64,000 bases of DNA, taken from Candidatus Uhrbacteria bacterium. Lineage in GTDB: Bacteria; Patescibacteriota; Patescibacteriia; JACPHY01. This document shows positions 41,299-51,212 of this stretch, in pieces. Where the stretch lies: assembly GCA_016188355.1 (NCBI GenBank), contig JACPHY010000005.1, positions 7,389 to 71,388 on the forward strand. Direction: 5' to 3'. The notes beneath the pieces were generated by a model. That model made no database searches. It saw only the letters and a program-made list of their open reading frames with translations, and was not told the DNA's origin. Position 1 is the stretch's first letter, and every line of letters begins with the position of its first letter. The translations under genes were made by a program, and so were the position numbers.

Positions 41299-42054
41299 TC
41301 ACCCCTCCATCCCACGGAAGAGCACACTGCCAATACCAACACATACCACCGCGAGCACGCTGAGGAGCAGGAGATCCCATCCGATCCCGAAGGACGCGCT
41401 ATGGGTGAGTAGCCCACGCATCGCATCCACGCCATACGCGAGCGGATTTGCACGTACGACTACCGCGAGTGCACGGGGGATGCCATCCACCGGGAACAGC
41501 GCACCGGAAAGGAAGAAGAGTGGCATGATGAGGAAGTTCACGATGAGCGGGAATGCCTGCATGTCCCGCATACGGATGGCAATTGCCGTTCCGAGTGCGG
41601 TGAAGAGGATCGCGATGAGCGCCATCGGAATGAGCACGAGCGGCACAAGCAACCATGACGCGGGCCGGAATCCCACGAGAAGTGTGAGCGCCGTCACGAG
41701 GACCCCCTGAAATACGGCAACCGTTGCGCCACCGAGCGTCCGCCCAATCATGATCGCCGTCCGCGGCACCGGAGCCACGAGCGTCTCCTTCAAAAATCCA
41801 AATTGCCGATCCCAGATGAGATCGATCCCGGAGAACATCGCGGTGAAGAGGACGCTCATCGCAATGACCCCCGGACCCAAAAATTCGAGATATGCGCCAC
41901 GACCTGCTTGTGCGTACACGGGACCAAATCCAAATCCCAGTGCCACGAGGAACAGGAGCGGCTGCCCGAGCGACCCGATGATCCGCGCACGGGATCGTAT
42001 ATTCCGTTTCACCTGACGGAGCCAGAGAATGGCAATCGTGCGGAGTGCGTTCAT
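41299..42054 (-). CDS. ABC-2 type transporter permease
   Basis: 6 TM segments; ABC-2 family pattern. Confidence 0.75.
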   Translation of the reverse strand: MNALRTIAILWLRQVKRNIRSRARIIGSLGQPLLFLVALGFGFGPVYAQAGRGAYLEFLGPGVIAMSVLFTAMFSGIDLIWDRQFGFLKETLVAPVPRTAIMIGRTLGGATVAVFQGVLVTALTLLVGFRPASWLLVPLVLIPMALIAILFTALGTAIAIRMRDMQAFPLIVNFLIMPLFFLSGALFPVDGIPRALAVVVRANPLAYGVDAMRGLLTHSASFGIGWDLLLLSVLAVVCVGIGSVLFRGMEG

Positions 42055-42073
42055 ACCGTCATCAGTGTATCCG

Positions 42074-42868
42074 TTATCGACCAGTCCACGCGCGGCGATG
42101 CTGTCGGATACGATCGAGACCCGAGGCCTCCTCGGAGCGAATACCCGTTCCGGTCAGCTTGAGGAATGCATCTTCCAGTGTGGCCGCGCCCGCCTTCGCT
42201 TTGATGCCTGCCGGAGAATCCATCGCCACGATCTTCCCGTGATCAATGATCGCGAGTCGTGTCGCGGCGCGGTCCGCCTCCTCCATGTAGTGCGTGGTGA
42301 AAAAAATCGTCATGCCCTCCGTTTTGTTGAGGCTCGCAATGTACGACCACATGTGGTTGCGCGTCTGCGGGTCGAGGCCGAGCGTCGGTTCATCCAAAAA
42401 GAGGATGGCTGGATGATGGAGAAGTCCACGCGCAATTTCCAAACGACGTTTCATCCCGCCGGAAAATGTTCTCACGAATGCATCCCGGCGATCCGCAAGG
42501 TCCACCAACGCAAGGAGCTCAGCCATGCGCTGGCGGCGCGTTGCGCGCGGGACGCCATAGAGCACCCCGTGCACCTCCAAATTCTCCCACGCGGTAAGCT
42601 CATCATCGACACTCGGATCCTGGAACACGATACCAAATGACCGGCGCACCGCATCGGGTTCTCGGACCGGATCATGGCCATTGATCGTGATGGCGCCGGA
42701 GGTTGGGAGAAGGAGTGTCGTGAGCATTTTGACGGTCGTCGTTTTTCCGGCGCCGTTCGGACCGAGAAACGCGAACACCTCACCCGACTCCACGGTAAAT
42801 GACACATCATTGACCGCAATGAAATCCCCAAATCGTTTCGTGCAGTGCGCCATGTGAATCATGGACAT
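42074..42868 (-). CDS. ABC transporter ATP-binding protein
   Basis: GPNGAGKTT, LSGGMKRRLEIARGL, LFLDEPTLGLD. Internal start MSMIHMAH chosen. Confidence 0.9.
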   Translation of the reverse strand: MSMIHMAHCTKRFGDFIAVNDVSFTVESGEVFAFLGPNGAGKTTTVKMLTTLLLPTSGAITINGHDPVREPDAVRRSFGIVFQDPSVDDELTAWENLEVHGVLYGVPRATRRQRMAELLALVDLADRRDAFVRTFSGGMKRRLEIARGLLHHPAILFLDEPTLGLDPQTRNHMWSYIASLNKTEGMTIFFTTHYMEEADRAATRLAIIDHGKIVAMDSPAGIKAKAGAATLEDAFLKLTGTGIRSEEASGLDRIRQHRRAWTGR

Positions 42869-42869
42869 A

Positions 42870-43343
42870 CTAGGGCCTTGCGAATGCGACGAGCTCCGGC
42901 TGCACGAGCTCTGCGTATGCAGTGTATGGCATGAGGATGGAGTGCACGTGACTGCCCGGATTAAATGCAATCATCTGCTGCGCGGCGAGCGATGGGTCCA
43001 CGACCATAGGCATGCCGAGCATGCTACCGAATGGCGGCACGGAACCAATCGTACACCCCGTCTGCGCCTGCACTTCCTCCGGTGTCGCGAGCGCCACTTT
43101 CTTCGCACCAAGATGCGCGCGCAATTTTTCGAAATCCGCCTGCTTCGCCGCAGAGAGCACCGCGAGGAGGTATCGAGATTGATCCACATGCAACACGAGG
43201 GACTTCGCCCCCTGCGCGAGCGCCACCCCCCGAACATCCGCCGCCTCCTGACTCGTGTACACCGGCGCATGCGCTCTGCAGTCGTACGGTACGGCTGCGT
43301 GATCCAGGAGTGAGCGGATCTGATCAAATACCGATTGCGACAT
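42870..43343 (-). CDS. YbaK/ProX-type aminoacyl-tRNA deacylase
   Basis: 157 aa; VYTSQEAADVRGVALAQGAKSLVL...GCTIGSVPPFG. Confidence 0.75.
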   Translation of the reverse strand: MSQSVFDQIRSLLDHAAVPYDCRAHAPVYTSQEAADVRGVALAQGAKSLVLHVDQSRYLLAVLSAAKQADFEKLRAHLGAKKVALATPEEVQAQTGCTIGSVPPFGSMLGMPMVVDPSLAAQQMIAFNPGSHVHSILMPYTAYAELVQPELVAFARP

Positions 43344-43405
43344 AGGATAGTCGCCAGTATGACAAATGCAGCTCCCCGAGTCCAGATCGGGCTCGGGGAG
43401 AACGC

Positions 43406-44023
43406 TCAGAGCAGGTATCCGTGCTCGCGGAGGAGCAACCGTCCTTCCTGTACCCGCTGACGCACCATGTCGTGCATCGCGGACGGAATGCCGATGTTCG
43501 GGATGTGCTCGAACGAAGTAATGGATTCGATCGGGGGCGGGGCGAGTTTTCGCATCTCAGCGACCAACTCCCGCATCCAGGGCCGCTTATGCAGCGGATT
43601 CCGTTCCGCCACCTCGAGCACCGCATCGAAGGAATGCGTACCGCCCTGATATGCGCGCGGCTCCAACAATGAACAGATCGCATCCACCGCACCGAGCTTC
43701 ATATCCTCCGGCGTGGCATCCGGATTCGGATCGTTCCATTTGCGATGGTGGTACTGACACCGATGCCGTTCGAGCGATGACCGCACGAACCTCGTGAAAT
43801 GCTCGGGAGACCGATCACGCTGCTAGACCGCAAAGCCGCTCGCCACCTGCCATTCGAACTTATTGCCAGTCCCCACAATATCGTGTGGCCGCTCGGGATC
43901 ATGCGCGCCCAAACCGAGCTCGCGGAGGTAATATTCCACCCGATACACATGCTGCACCGTATGCAACATCCACCACCGCAGCTCATCCACGGTCGGCAAA
44001 AGCACCAATACCTCTTCGGACAT
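43406..44023 (-). pseudogene. ORF interrupted by a single in-frame TAG (43823-43825); putative His-rich metal-dependent hydrolase-like protein
   Basis: ORFs 43823..44023 and 43406..43786 are in the same frame. They are separated only by TAG plus 12 sense codons, and conceptual translation is continuous (...QVASGFAV*QRDRSPEHFTRFVRSSLERH...). Confidence 0.45.
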
Positions 44024-44161
44024 GTCATGCTCCTCTCGGGCGCAGCCACCCTGCAGCAGATGGCGCCTCGGGCAGCATAATCATCATCCCCTCGCGTGTC
44101 CAGCATGCGATAAAATTCGAGCACCGGCTCCCTCGTAAGGGGCCGGTGCCTGGCAGCGCGA

Positions 44162-44287
44162 CTACTTGTTGCCCGTCGCCTGGGGCTGCTGGGGCCTGGG
44201 GGCCGGCGGCGGCTGCGAAGCCGGCCGCAGGATGGTGACCACACCACCAGGTCCGATCGTGTACGCTCCGTTGTAGGTCTTCTTCAT
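44162..44287 (-). CDS. 41-aa peptide with Pro/Gln-rich tail (MKKTYNGAYTIGPGGVVTILRPASQPPPAPRPQQPQATGNK)
   Basis: GAGGAGGG SD sits 7 nt before the ATG, which overlaps the TGA of the upstream small gene (ATGA). Too short for the ORF track. Confidence 0.35.
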   Translation of the reverse strand: MKKTYNGAYTIGPGGVVTILRPASQPPPAPRPQQPQATGNK

Positions 44288-44520
44288 CACGCGTTCCCTC
44301 CTCTGTTGTTGCTCGTGCGCGCGAGCTCGATGCCTTTCGCGAGCGCTCGGGCCGCGGTCTCGATGGCCCTCTGCTCGTCTCGGGGAATGCGCACCTCGAG
44401 GGTGCAGTTCCGTTCCCGGAAGAACCAGTGCTGGACCCGCTGGCCCATTTCCTGGACTTCTCCACTACAGATGGCTCCGAGCTCAGTCAGCCCGGCGCCC
44501 ATGAGATCAATCACCCCCAT
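44287..44520 (-). CDS. small protein (77 aa), hypothetical
   Basis: Strong AAGGAGGTGA SD; an AT-rich promoter region lies upstream. The overlapping 146-aa ORF was rejected. Confidence 0.5.
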   Translation of the reverse strand: MGVIDLMGAGLTELGAICSGEVQEMGQRVQHWFFRERNCTLEVRIPRDEQRAIETAARALAKGIELARTSNNRGGNA

Positions 44521-44664
44521 GACTCACCTCCTTCGTTGCCGCTGAATGAGCGAAACATATATGTATACCATGAATACTCAGTTTTTGTCAATACTACCAA
44601 ACACTTTTACGACAAAAGTCGCTAAAATAAGATAGAAAATATGCACTCCGCACAAATACAAAAA

Positions 44665-44698
44665 CCAACACCCACTCCGTTTCCGGAGTGGGTGTTGG
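44665..44698 (-). terminator. rho-independent terminator after the RRM gene
   Basis: 15-bp stem CCAACACCCACTCCG-tttc-CGGAGTGGGTGTTGG, followed by T-rich sequence on the minus strand. Confidence 0.7.
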
Positions 44699-44711
44699 GA
44701 ACAATCGCTCT

Positions 44712-45011
44712 TTAGTAACGATCGTTGCCACCGCCGAAGTCGCGCCGGGGGGCGCGCTCTTCCTTGGGGCGCGCGACGTTCACCCGAAGAGGGCGACCGC
44801 CGAGGTCCTTTCCATCCCACATGGAGATGGCGGCCTGTGCGTCCTCGTCCCGATCGTATTCGACGAAGCCGAATCCGCGGGAACGACCGGTGAACTTATC
44901 CATGACGACCTGTGCCGAGATGAGCGAGGATCCGGACTGCGCGAACGCATCCCGAAGTTCCTCATCATTCGTGGTGTAGGACAAGTTTCCGATGTACAAC
45001 CGAGTTGCCAT
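44712..45011 (-). CDS. RRM-domain RNA-binding protein
   Basis: RNP2 LYIGNLSY and RNP1 RGFGFVEY; RGG-like C-terminal tail. Start placed at MATRLYIG. Confidence 0.85.
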   Translation of the reverse strand: MATRLYIGNLSYTTNDEELRDAFAQSGSSLISAQVVMDKFTGRSRGFGFVEYDRDEDAQAAISMWDGKDLGGRPLRVNVARPKEERAPRRDFGGGNDRY

Positions 45012-45223
45012 AGCAAGGGCTGAAACTTCCGAGTAGGGCGACCTTCTCGCCAAGGCCCTAACGCTCCAACCCTTGGACCTTACGGTCTCGGGGAAGCCGG
45101 TACCAAACGAGACACCTACCTCACAGCACCATCATACACGATTTCTGGAAAAAGGCAAGGGGGGATGAAGGAGAATGACTATACAAGGCCAAAAACCATT
45201 TCCATTGACTGTGGCGCACGCCC

Positions 45224-46462
45224 TCACTCATTTCTCAATGCCTCCATGGGACTCATCGCGGCTGCTTTACGAGCGGGAGCGAGGCCAAATACCACGCCAA
45301 GCACCCCCGAAACACCCACGCCGAGCACGACAGCGGAAATCGGGAAGGTGAATGCCCAATTCGGGGAAACCGTTGCACGGAAAATGACCGCCGCAAGGAA
45401 TGCCAACGATGCACCGATCGCAACTCCCATGATCCCGCCCACTGCCGTCAGCGTCACTGATTCGAACAAAAATTGCCCAAGGATATCACGCCGTCGTGCA
45501 CCGAGCGCCTTCCGCAGTCCAATCTCCCGTGTCCGTTCCGCCACCGCAACGAGCATAATGTTCATGATGCCGATGCCACCAACCACCAGCGAAATCGCCG
45601 CAATGGAAGTGAGGAGCACAGTGAGGATGGTGCTGATGATTCCGATGCGCTGCACGATGTCCACCTGCGTCATCACGTGGAAATCATCCTTCTCGGGGTC
45701 ACTGATACGATGCAATTCGCGCAACGTGATCTCCACATCTCGCTTCACGCGTGGTACGACCTGCTCCGAAACTGCGCGCACCAATATTGCGTGAACGTGG
45801 GTAATGCCGAGGAGATATTCCTGCGCGGTGGAATACGGAACGAGCACCATGTGATCCACCGGCACAATGCCCGACTCCCCCTTTCGCTCGAGCACCCCGA
45901 CCACGCGGAAGGAAACGTTCTTCATGCGAATCCGCTGCCCGATCGGGTCTTGCTGTCCGAAGAGCTGCTCCCGTACGTCATCACCGATGATCGCGACCGC
46001 GGCGCGCCGTCGCACATCGTCCTCCGTGAGCGGCACACCGGACGCGAGCGTGAGGCGCAGCACCTCCAGAATGGCAGGCCCCGCTCCCCGCAGCTGCACG
46101 CGGTACGTTTCATTACCAAACGCCGCGGTCGTCACCTGTGCCACGAGCGGCACCACATCCGTGACACCCGGTACCCGTGCCGCATCAGCAAGCGCGGCGA
46201 GGTCACGCTCTTTCAGTGAATCCGTAAATACTTCCACGAAATCCGATGGTCCCTTCGGTTCGCGCCCCGGCTCAATAATGATGGTCTCCGCGCCAAACCC
46301 GCGCACCTGATCGAGAATCAGGTCCTGCGCGCCGCGTCCTACCGCCATCACGAGCATGATGGCGGTAATACCAATCACGATTCCGAGAATCGTGAGGAGC
46401 GAGCGCACCGTATTCGCGCGAAGCGCATGGATCGCCGCGATGAACTGGTGCCGAAGGCGCAT
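45224..46462 (-). CDS. ABC transporter permease, FtsX/MacB family
   Basis: N-terminal TM, a periplasmic domain, and a C-terminal FtsX bundle (GIGIMNIMLVAVAERTREIGLRKALGA). Paralogous to 30121..31344. Confidence 0.85.
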   Translation of the reverse strand: MRLRHQFIAAIHALRANTVRSLLTILGIVIGITAIMLVMAVGRGAQDLILDQVRGFGAETIIIEPGREPKGPSDFVEVFTDSLKERDLAALADAARVPGVTDVVPLVAQVTTAAFGNETYRVQLRGAGPAILEVLRLTLASGVPLTEDDVRRRAAVAIIGDDVREQLFGQQDPIGQRIRMKNVSFRVVGVLERKGESGIVPVDHMVLVPYSTAQEYLLGITHVHAILVRAVSEQVVPRVKRDVEITLRELHRISDPEKDDFHVMTQVDIVQRIGIISTILTVLLTSIAAISLVVGGIGIMNIMLVAVAERTREIGLRKALGARRRDILGQFLFESVTLTAVGGIMGVAIGASLAFLAAVIFRATVSPNWAFTFPISAVVLGVGVSGVLGVVFGLAPARKAAAMSPMEALRNE

Positions 46463-46474
46463 AACAACGTTCCG

Positions 46475-47197
46475 CTACTTCGTAAATTGGTCGGCGCGCC
46501 GAGACTGGGCGAGACGCTCGTCGCGCTCGAGGCGCCCATCACGAAACGCGAGCACCCGCTCCGCATGCTCCGCGGTGGCCGTTTCGTGCGTGATCAAAAT
46601 AATGGTATGCCCCTGTTCGGCGTGCAATTCCCGCAGTAGCAGCATCACCGCACGTCCGGAAACCGAGTCTAAATTACCCGTGGGCTCATCCGCAAAGAGT
46701 ACCTTCGGATCGAGCACGAGCGCACGGGCAATCGCTGCGCGCTGCTGTTCCCCACCGGAAAGCTGTGCAGGCGTGTGATGCAGTCGATGCCCCAACCCCA
46801 CGCGGGTCAACGCGCGCTCGGCGCGTGATCGCCATTCGCGTTCCGGGAGTTGCGAATACCGCAACGGCAAACACACATTCTCGAGCACCGTAGTCCGCGG
46901 CAGGAGATTGAACGCTTGAAACACGAATCCCATGGTTTGATTGCGCAGCTGCGCAAGCTCGTCATCCGAAAAGGAATCCGCATGACGCCCATCAAACCGA
47001 TAGCTGCCGCCCGTCGGGCGATCGAGGAATCCGAGGATATGGAGGAGCGTGGATTTTCCCGAACCGGACGGTCCCATGATCGCCACGAATTCGCCCGCCG
47101 CAATTTGAAAAGATACCCCCCGCAACGCAGGAGTCTGCGCATCGTCCGTTCCGTATGTCTTCTGGAGATGATCCACCTCAATGAGTGCCATACTCAC
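46475..47197 (-). CDS. ABC transporter ATP-binding protein (MacB/LolD-type)
   Basis: [40 protein letters not shown]. Confidence 0.9.
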   Translation of the reverse strand: MSMALIEVDHLQKTYGTDDAQTPALRGVSFQIAAGEFVAIMGPSGSGKSTLLHILGFLDRPTGGSYRFDGRHADSFSDDELAQLRNQTMGFVFQAFNLLPRTTVLENVCLPLRYSQLPEREWRSRAERALTRVGLGHRLHHTPAQLSGGEQQRAAIARALVLDPKVLFADEPTGNLDSVSGRAVMLLLRELHAEQGHTIILITHETATAEHAERVLAFRDGRLERDERLAQSRRADQFTK

Positions 47198-48840
47198 TCC
47201 GCATCCCGAATGACGAGATCGCCCTCACGCAATCCATCCAACAGCTCCACCATCCCATCAGATCCCCGCAGCCCAAGCCGCACAGGAACGGTGACCGGAT
47301 ATCCATTGCGCAGCACGCGAACGGTCGCCTGCCCTTCTCGGGTGGCGATCGTACGCACCGGAATCGCGAGCACGTCATTTCGCTGCCCAGTGACGATGGT
47401 AATGTTCGCGGTCATGCCCATACGAACTCGCTCGGCACCCGCGGTGAAGGCAAGCGTCGCACGATAGGTAGGCACGCCCTGCACGACAACGGCCGCGGGA
47501 TCAACCGCGGTCACTACCGCCTCGAGCTCCACCTCATTCCCAAACGCATCAAACGTCGCTTGCGCGGGTGCACCAATCTGGAGATCGGCAAGATCAACCT
47601 CGGGGATATTCGCTTCGAGGTGGGGCGGGTTGTTGGAAATGATCGTCACCAACGATACTCCGGGCGATGCGATAGCGCCCACTTTCGCATCCTGCACGGT
47701 CACCACACCATCAAATGGTGCGCGGAGCGTCGATTGCGCGAGGAGCGCCTCCACCTCGGTGACATCTGCCAGCGCAACCGCAATGCGCGCCTGTTGCCGC
47801 TCGATCTGCTCGCGCGTGGCGCCCGCACGCGCGACCCGCCAACGCGCTTCTGCGGTCGCGAGCGCATTCTGTCGAATAGTCACCTCCGAGGACGCCGACG
47901 CCAGTACCTGTTCATTCCCCGCTCGCTGCGTGACGATGGCCTGACGCAGATCATCCACATTCGAGCGCACGGTGTTCACATTGGCGCGCGCGCTATTCAC
48001 GCTCGCCTGATAGGTCGCAATCGTGGTCGGCGCAATGTCCGTCGCATGATTCACTGCCACAATCAGACGATCGAGAAATGCGCTCATCACGTCGAGCCGA
48101 CGCATCGCATCAAGGAGCGCACCGTCCCACACGGCGAATCCGTTCATAGGGGCGAGCTTGCTCGCCCATACGGTGAGCTCACCCTCCGTGGCACGCCTCC
48201 CCTGCTCTGCATCGATGGCTGCCTGTGGCTCTGCCGTACGAAACGTGAGTTTCGGATTTTGGGTAGCGTCATTGAGAAACAGGACATCGGTCTGCTTGCG
48301 AATCGCATCATCCGCAGTGGTGTACGCGTTGCGGAGGATGTTCGGCACATCCTCATACCGATCCGCCAACTCCGCGCCCACCTTCCGATCGACGGACGAT
48401 CGCGAAATTTGTGCGTCTGCGAGTGCGCGGCGCGCGTTTTCGACTTCCGCTTCTGCCGCACGCACATCTTCCGAGCGCGGTCCCCGACGAAGCTCCGCTA
48501 GTGCTGCCCGTTCTCCCGCTACCGCGGCGCGGCGCTGCGCGAGTCGTGCGCGCAGATCGAGCTCGCTCAAAATCAAGAGCGGCTGCCCGGCAGTCACCAA
48601 ACTTCCTACTGCCACCCGCGCCTCCGCAATACGCCCGGTACCTTCAAATGCCAGCGCGACCTCTGCGGCTGGCTTCACCGTTCCCGTCACCACCACCTCA
48701 CGCGCTAAATCACGCCGCGTCACCGGCACGGTCGCGTACGTTGGCGCAGCATTTCGGGAACGCACCACGAAGGCCGCGATTCCGCCGCCCACAAGAACGC
48801 ACGTCAACAACAATATCCAGCGAAAACGTGGGAAACGCAT
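47194..48840 (-). CDS. HlyD-family periplasmic adaptor
   Basis: N-terminal TM (MRFPRFRWILLLTCVLVGGGIAAFVV), a long coiled coil, and C-terminal beta domains. Confidence 0.8.
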   Translation of the reverse strand: MRFPRFRWILLLTCVLVGGGIAAFVVRSRNAAPTYATVPVTRRDLAREVVVTGTVKPAAEVALAFEGTGRIAEARVAVGSLVTAGQPLLILSELDLRARLAQRRAAVAGERAALAELRRGPRSEDVRAAEAEVENARRALADAQISRSSVDRKVGAELADRYEDVPNILRNAYTTADDAIRKQTDVLFLNDATQNPKLTFRTAEPQAAIDAEQGRRATEGELTVWASKLAPMNGFAVWDGALLDAMRRLDVMSAFLDRLIVAVNHATDIAPTTIATYQASVNSARANVNTVRSNVDDLRQAIVTQRAGNEQVLASASSEVTIRQNALATAEARWRVARAGATREQIERQQARIAVALADVTEVEALLAQSTLRAPFDGVVTVQDAKVGAIASPGVSLVTIISNNPPHLEANIPEVDLADLQIGAPAQATFDAFGNEVELEAVVTAVDPAAVVVQGVPTYRATLAFTAGAERVRMGMTANITIVTGQRNDVLAIPVRTIATREGQATVRVLRNGYPVTVPVRLGLRGSDGMVELLDGLREGDLVIRDAE

Positions 48841-48921
48841 AGAAGACGCCACCGTAGCACTCGATCCCTCCAATGACAAGGGTACGAAAATCCCCTCCCA
48901 CCGAGGTGGGAGGGGAACTGC

Positions 48922-49968
48922 TCAGGGCAGCCGCCGCATCTGCCAATGGATCGTTCCGCCGTGGCGGAACGGAACGACGCCGCCGCACTCCTCGGGGACC
49001 ACCCAATCGGTGCACGTGCACTCAATGCATCCGGTGTTGCGCTCGAGGCCGTAGAACTGCGCACCGAAACGCGAGGTGAAGTCCTCGAGACGTTCGAGCA
49101 CCTGATCCTCCTCGAATATCTCCACGAGCGTCTCTATGGCGACCGGCGCGGAGAACACCCCCGCCGCACATCCCGCGCCCTCCTTCATTGCACGCGGATG
49201 CGGCGCACTATCGGATCCGAAGAAGAATCGTGGATCGCCGCTCGTCATCATTTGCCGAACTGCGCGCCGATCCGCTTCTTCTTTCGCAATCGGTTTGCAA
49301 TAGAGATGCGCATCGCAAATATCGCCGAACACGTTGAACACCTGCGCCCGCGTGATGCATGCATGGTGCACGGTGATCGATGCGGCAACCGTTTTCGGCA
49401 GCGATGCAACGCACGCGACCGCCGCAGCGGTCGAGATGTGCTCGAAGACGATCCGAAGCCGCGGAAACTCGAACGCAAGGCGCTGGAGCGTCGGCAGAAA
49501 TGCCTCCTCCGCAAGCGCCGCGTTGATACCGGGCACCTCGCCGTGCACGCAGAGCACCATGCCGGACTCTTCCATCTGCCGGAGCACCGGACCAAGCGCG
49601 AAGATGTCCCGGACGCCCGCATCCGAGTTGGTGGTCACCCCGAGCGGATAGTACTTCGCTGCGACGACTCCCGCACGATGCGCCTCCTCGATGTCCAACG
49701 GCGTGGTTGCATCCGTGAGGAACAGCGTGAGGAGCGCGGTGAATGGCTCCGACAGTCCCTGCTCGACGCGCGCCTGCCGAATTGCTTCGGCGTATCGTTC
49801 CGCATCCTCCGCCGTACGCACTTCGCGCGGCTTGAGGTTCGGCATGGCGAGCACGCGCGCGAACTGCCGCACATAGTACGGCAACACCGCGCCGAGCAGT
49901 GCTCCATTCCGGAGATGCGTATGGAAACAATCCGGCGCCCGAATGGTGAATGATGGGGTCATGATCAC
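48922..49968 (-). CDS. pyrC: dihydroorotase (E. coli PyrC type)
   Basis: DCFHTHLRNG...VMPNL...FEHISTA...FFGSDSAPH is collinear with class II dihydroorotase. Confidence 0.9.
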   Translation of the reverse strand: MIMTPSFTIRAPDCFHTHLRNGALLGAVLPYYVRQFARVLAMPNLKPREVRTAEDAERYAEAIRQARVEQGLSEPFTALLTLFLTDATTPLDIEEAHRAGVVAAKYYPLGVTTNSDAGVRDIFALGPVLRQMEESGMVLCVHGEVPGINAALAEEAFLPTLQRLAFEFPRLRIVFEHISTAAAVACVASLPKTVAASITVHHACITRAQVFNVFGDICDAHLYCKPIAKEEADRRAVRQMMTSGDPRFFFGSDSAPHPRAMKEGAGCAAGVFSAPVAIETLVEIFEEDQVLERLEDFTSRFGAQFYGLERNTGCIECTCTDWVVPEECGGVVPFRHGGTIHWQMRRLP

Positions 49969-51041
49969 ACCTCCTTCACGGTATCCGCTGCCGCGCGTGC
50001 TGCGGGAGTGCGGCGCGGCTCAGGATTGACATTGCTCCGTGCTGCAGCCCGCACCTGCGCAGCAAAAGAACATTTCCCCGCGGCGTACGTAATGGTCGAC
50101 TGCACACGCCACGGCCGCAACATGGCGATCGATCCCAGCGCGACGGAATCTGCACCTGCATCGACGAGCACGTCCACATCTCGCGGGGCGAGAATGCCAC
50201 CACCCGCGTGGATGGGTTTCGTGATGCCCACCGCTCGCGCATCCCGCACCCACTCCGCCACGAGGGGCAGGAGCGGGCGACCGGACAAGCCGCCATCGGC
50301 CGGGATGCCGCGCGCCCGGAGCGGCGACTGTGTGGATCCGAAGAGCCGCAACCAAGGAATCCGATCCGGCAACCGCCCCCAGGGAATCGTGTTCGACGCG
50401 CACAGTGCATCACATGCCGGATGCTCCGCGACGCGCGCCGCATGCGCGACGGGAAACTCCACACTGAGCTTCGGCACGAGCGGCACGCCGAGCACTCCGA
50501 CCACATCCAACACGTCATGGATTTCCGTCACGAGCGCTTCCCATTCCTCGGACCGGTGCTCCACATTTGGACAGGAGAAGTTCAACTGGATTCCGACCGA
50601 CGCGCGCAGTCCGGATTGATGGCGCTGGAACATGGTCACCAGCCCCCGGTACTCTGCCGCACGTTCCGTGCGTGTTGCGCCCACCGCCATCCAGGATAGA
50701 AAGAACGGCGATGTCCGACGAAACCACACCCCGCGCTCGCACAGCGCCTCGAAGCCGATATTCGTGAGCCCCACCGCATTGAGCACCACACCCGTCAACG
50801 GTCGGATCGCCACGCAATCTGGAAAGAGCTGCAGCGGTGCGAGCGTCTGCGGATGCGACGGCATGTTGCCGGCTCGCGGTTCGAGCGTCACCGTTTTCGC
50901 CACGAACGTCATGCCCGAGAAATCGAACCCAGGAACGAGCCGGAGCCACCGATGAAACGGCCACCCCTCTCCATGAAACCCCTGCACTCCGGACGCCCCC
51001 CACACCTGCCCGAAGTCGATGCCACGCAGCACCGTCATCAC
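49965..51041 (-). CDS. pyrD: dihydroorotate dehydrogenase family protein (class 1-like, Cys active site)
   Basis: AKTVTLEPRAGN...LNAVGLTNIG...NFSCPNV. Its stop overlaps the pyrC start (ATGA). Confidence 0.75.
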   Translation of the reverse strand: MMTVLRGIDFGQVWGASGVQGFHGEGWPFHRWLRLVPGFDFSGMTFVAKTVTLEPRAGNMPSHPQTLAPLQLFPDCVAIRPLTGVVLNAVGLTNIGFEALCERGVWFRRTSPFFLSWMAVGATRTERAAEYRGLVTMFQRHQSGLRASVGIQLNFSCPNVEHRSEEWEALVTEIHDVLDVVGVLGVPLVPKLSVEFPVAHAARVAEHPACDALCASNTIPWGRLPDRIPWLRLFGSTQSPLRARGIPADGGLSGRPLLPLVAEWVRDARAVGITKPIHAGGGILAPRDVDVLVDAGADSVALGSIAMLRPWRVQSTITYAAGKCSFAAQVRAAARSNVNPEPRRTPAARAAADTVKEV

Positions 51042-51212
51042 ATGCCTCCTCTTGTTCTTGTGAAAGAATCACGCCCCAAAAGGGACGCACCGGAAGCGTA
51101 GCAAAGGCACACGGATTGTCACGAATACCGCACCCCAAATCCTCCATGGGCATTCCCTCCACCAAAAACCCCATGCTACGCTATTCGCAACCCTCATCAT
51201 CATGTTCCCCAT

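Noticed and set aside
43823-43825. Pyrrolysine (UAG) or other stop-codon reassignment
   Set aside because: Neighbouring genes terminate normally at TAG, TGA and TAA. No pylTSBCD-like genes were seen. The radical SAM at 38324 is PqqE-like and not PylB-like.
44025-44465. 146-aa minus ORF overlapping the 77-aa gene
   Set aside because: S/R/G-rich with no SD. The 77-aa frame has a strong AAGGAGGTGA SD.
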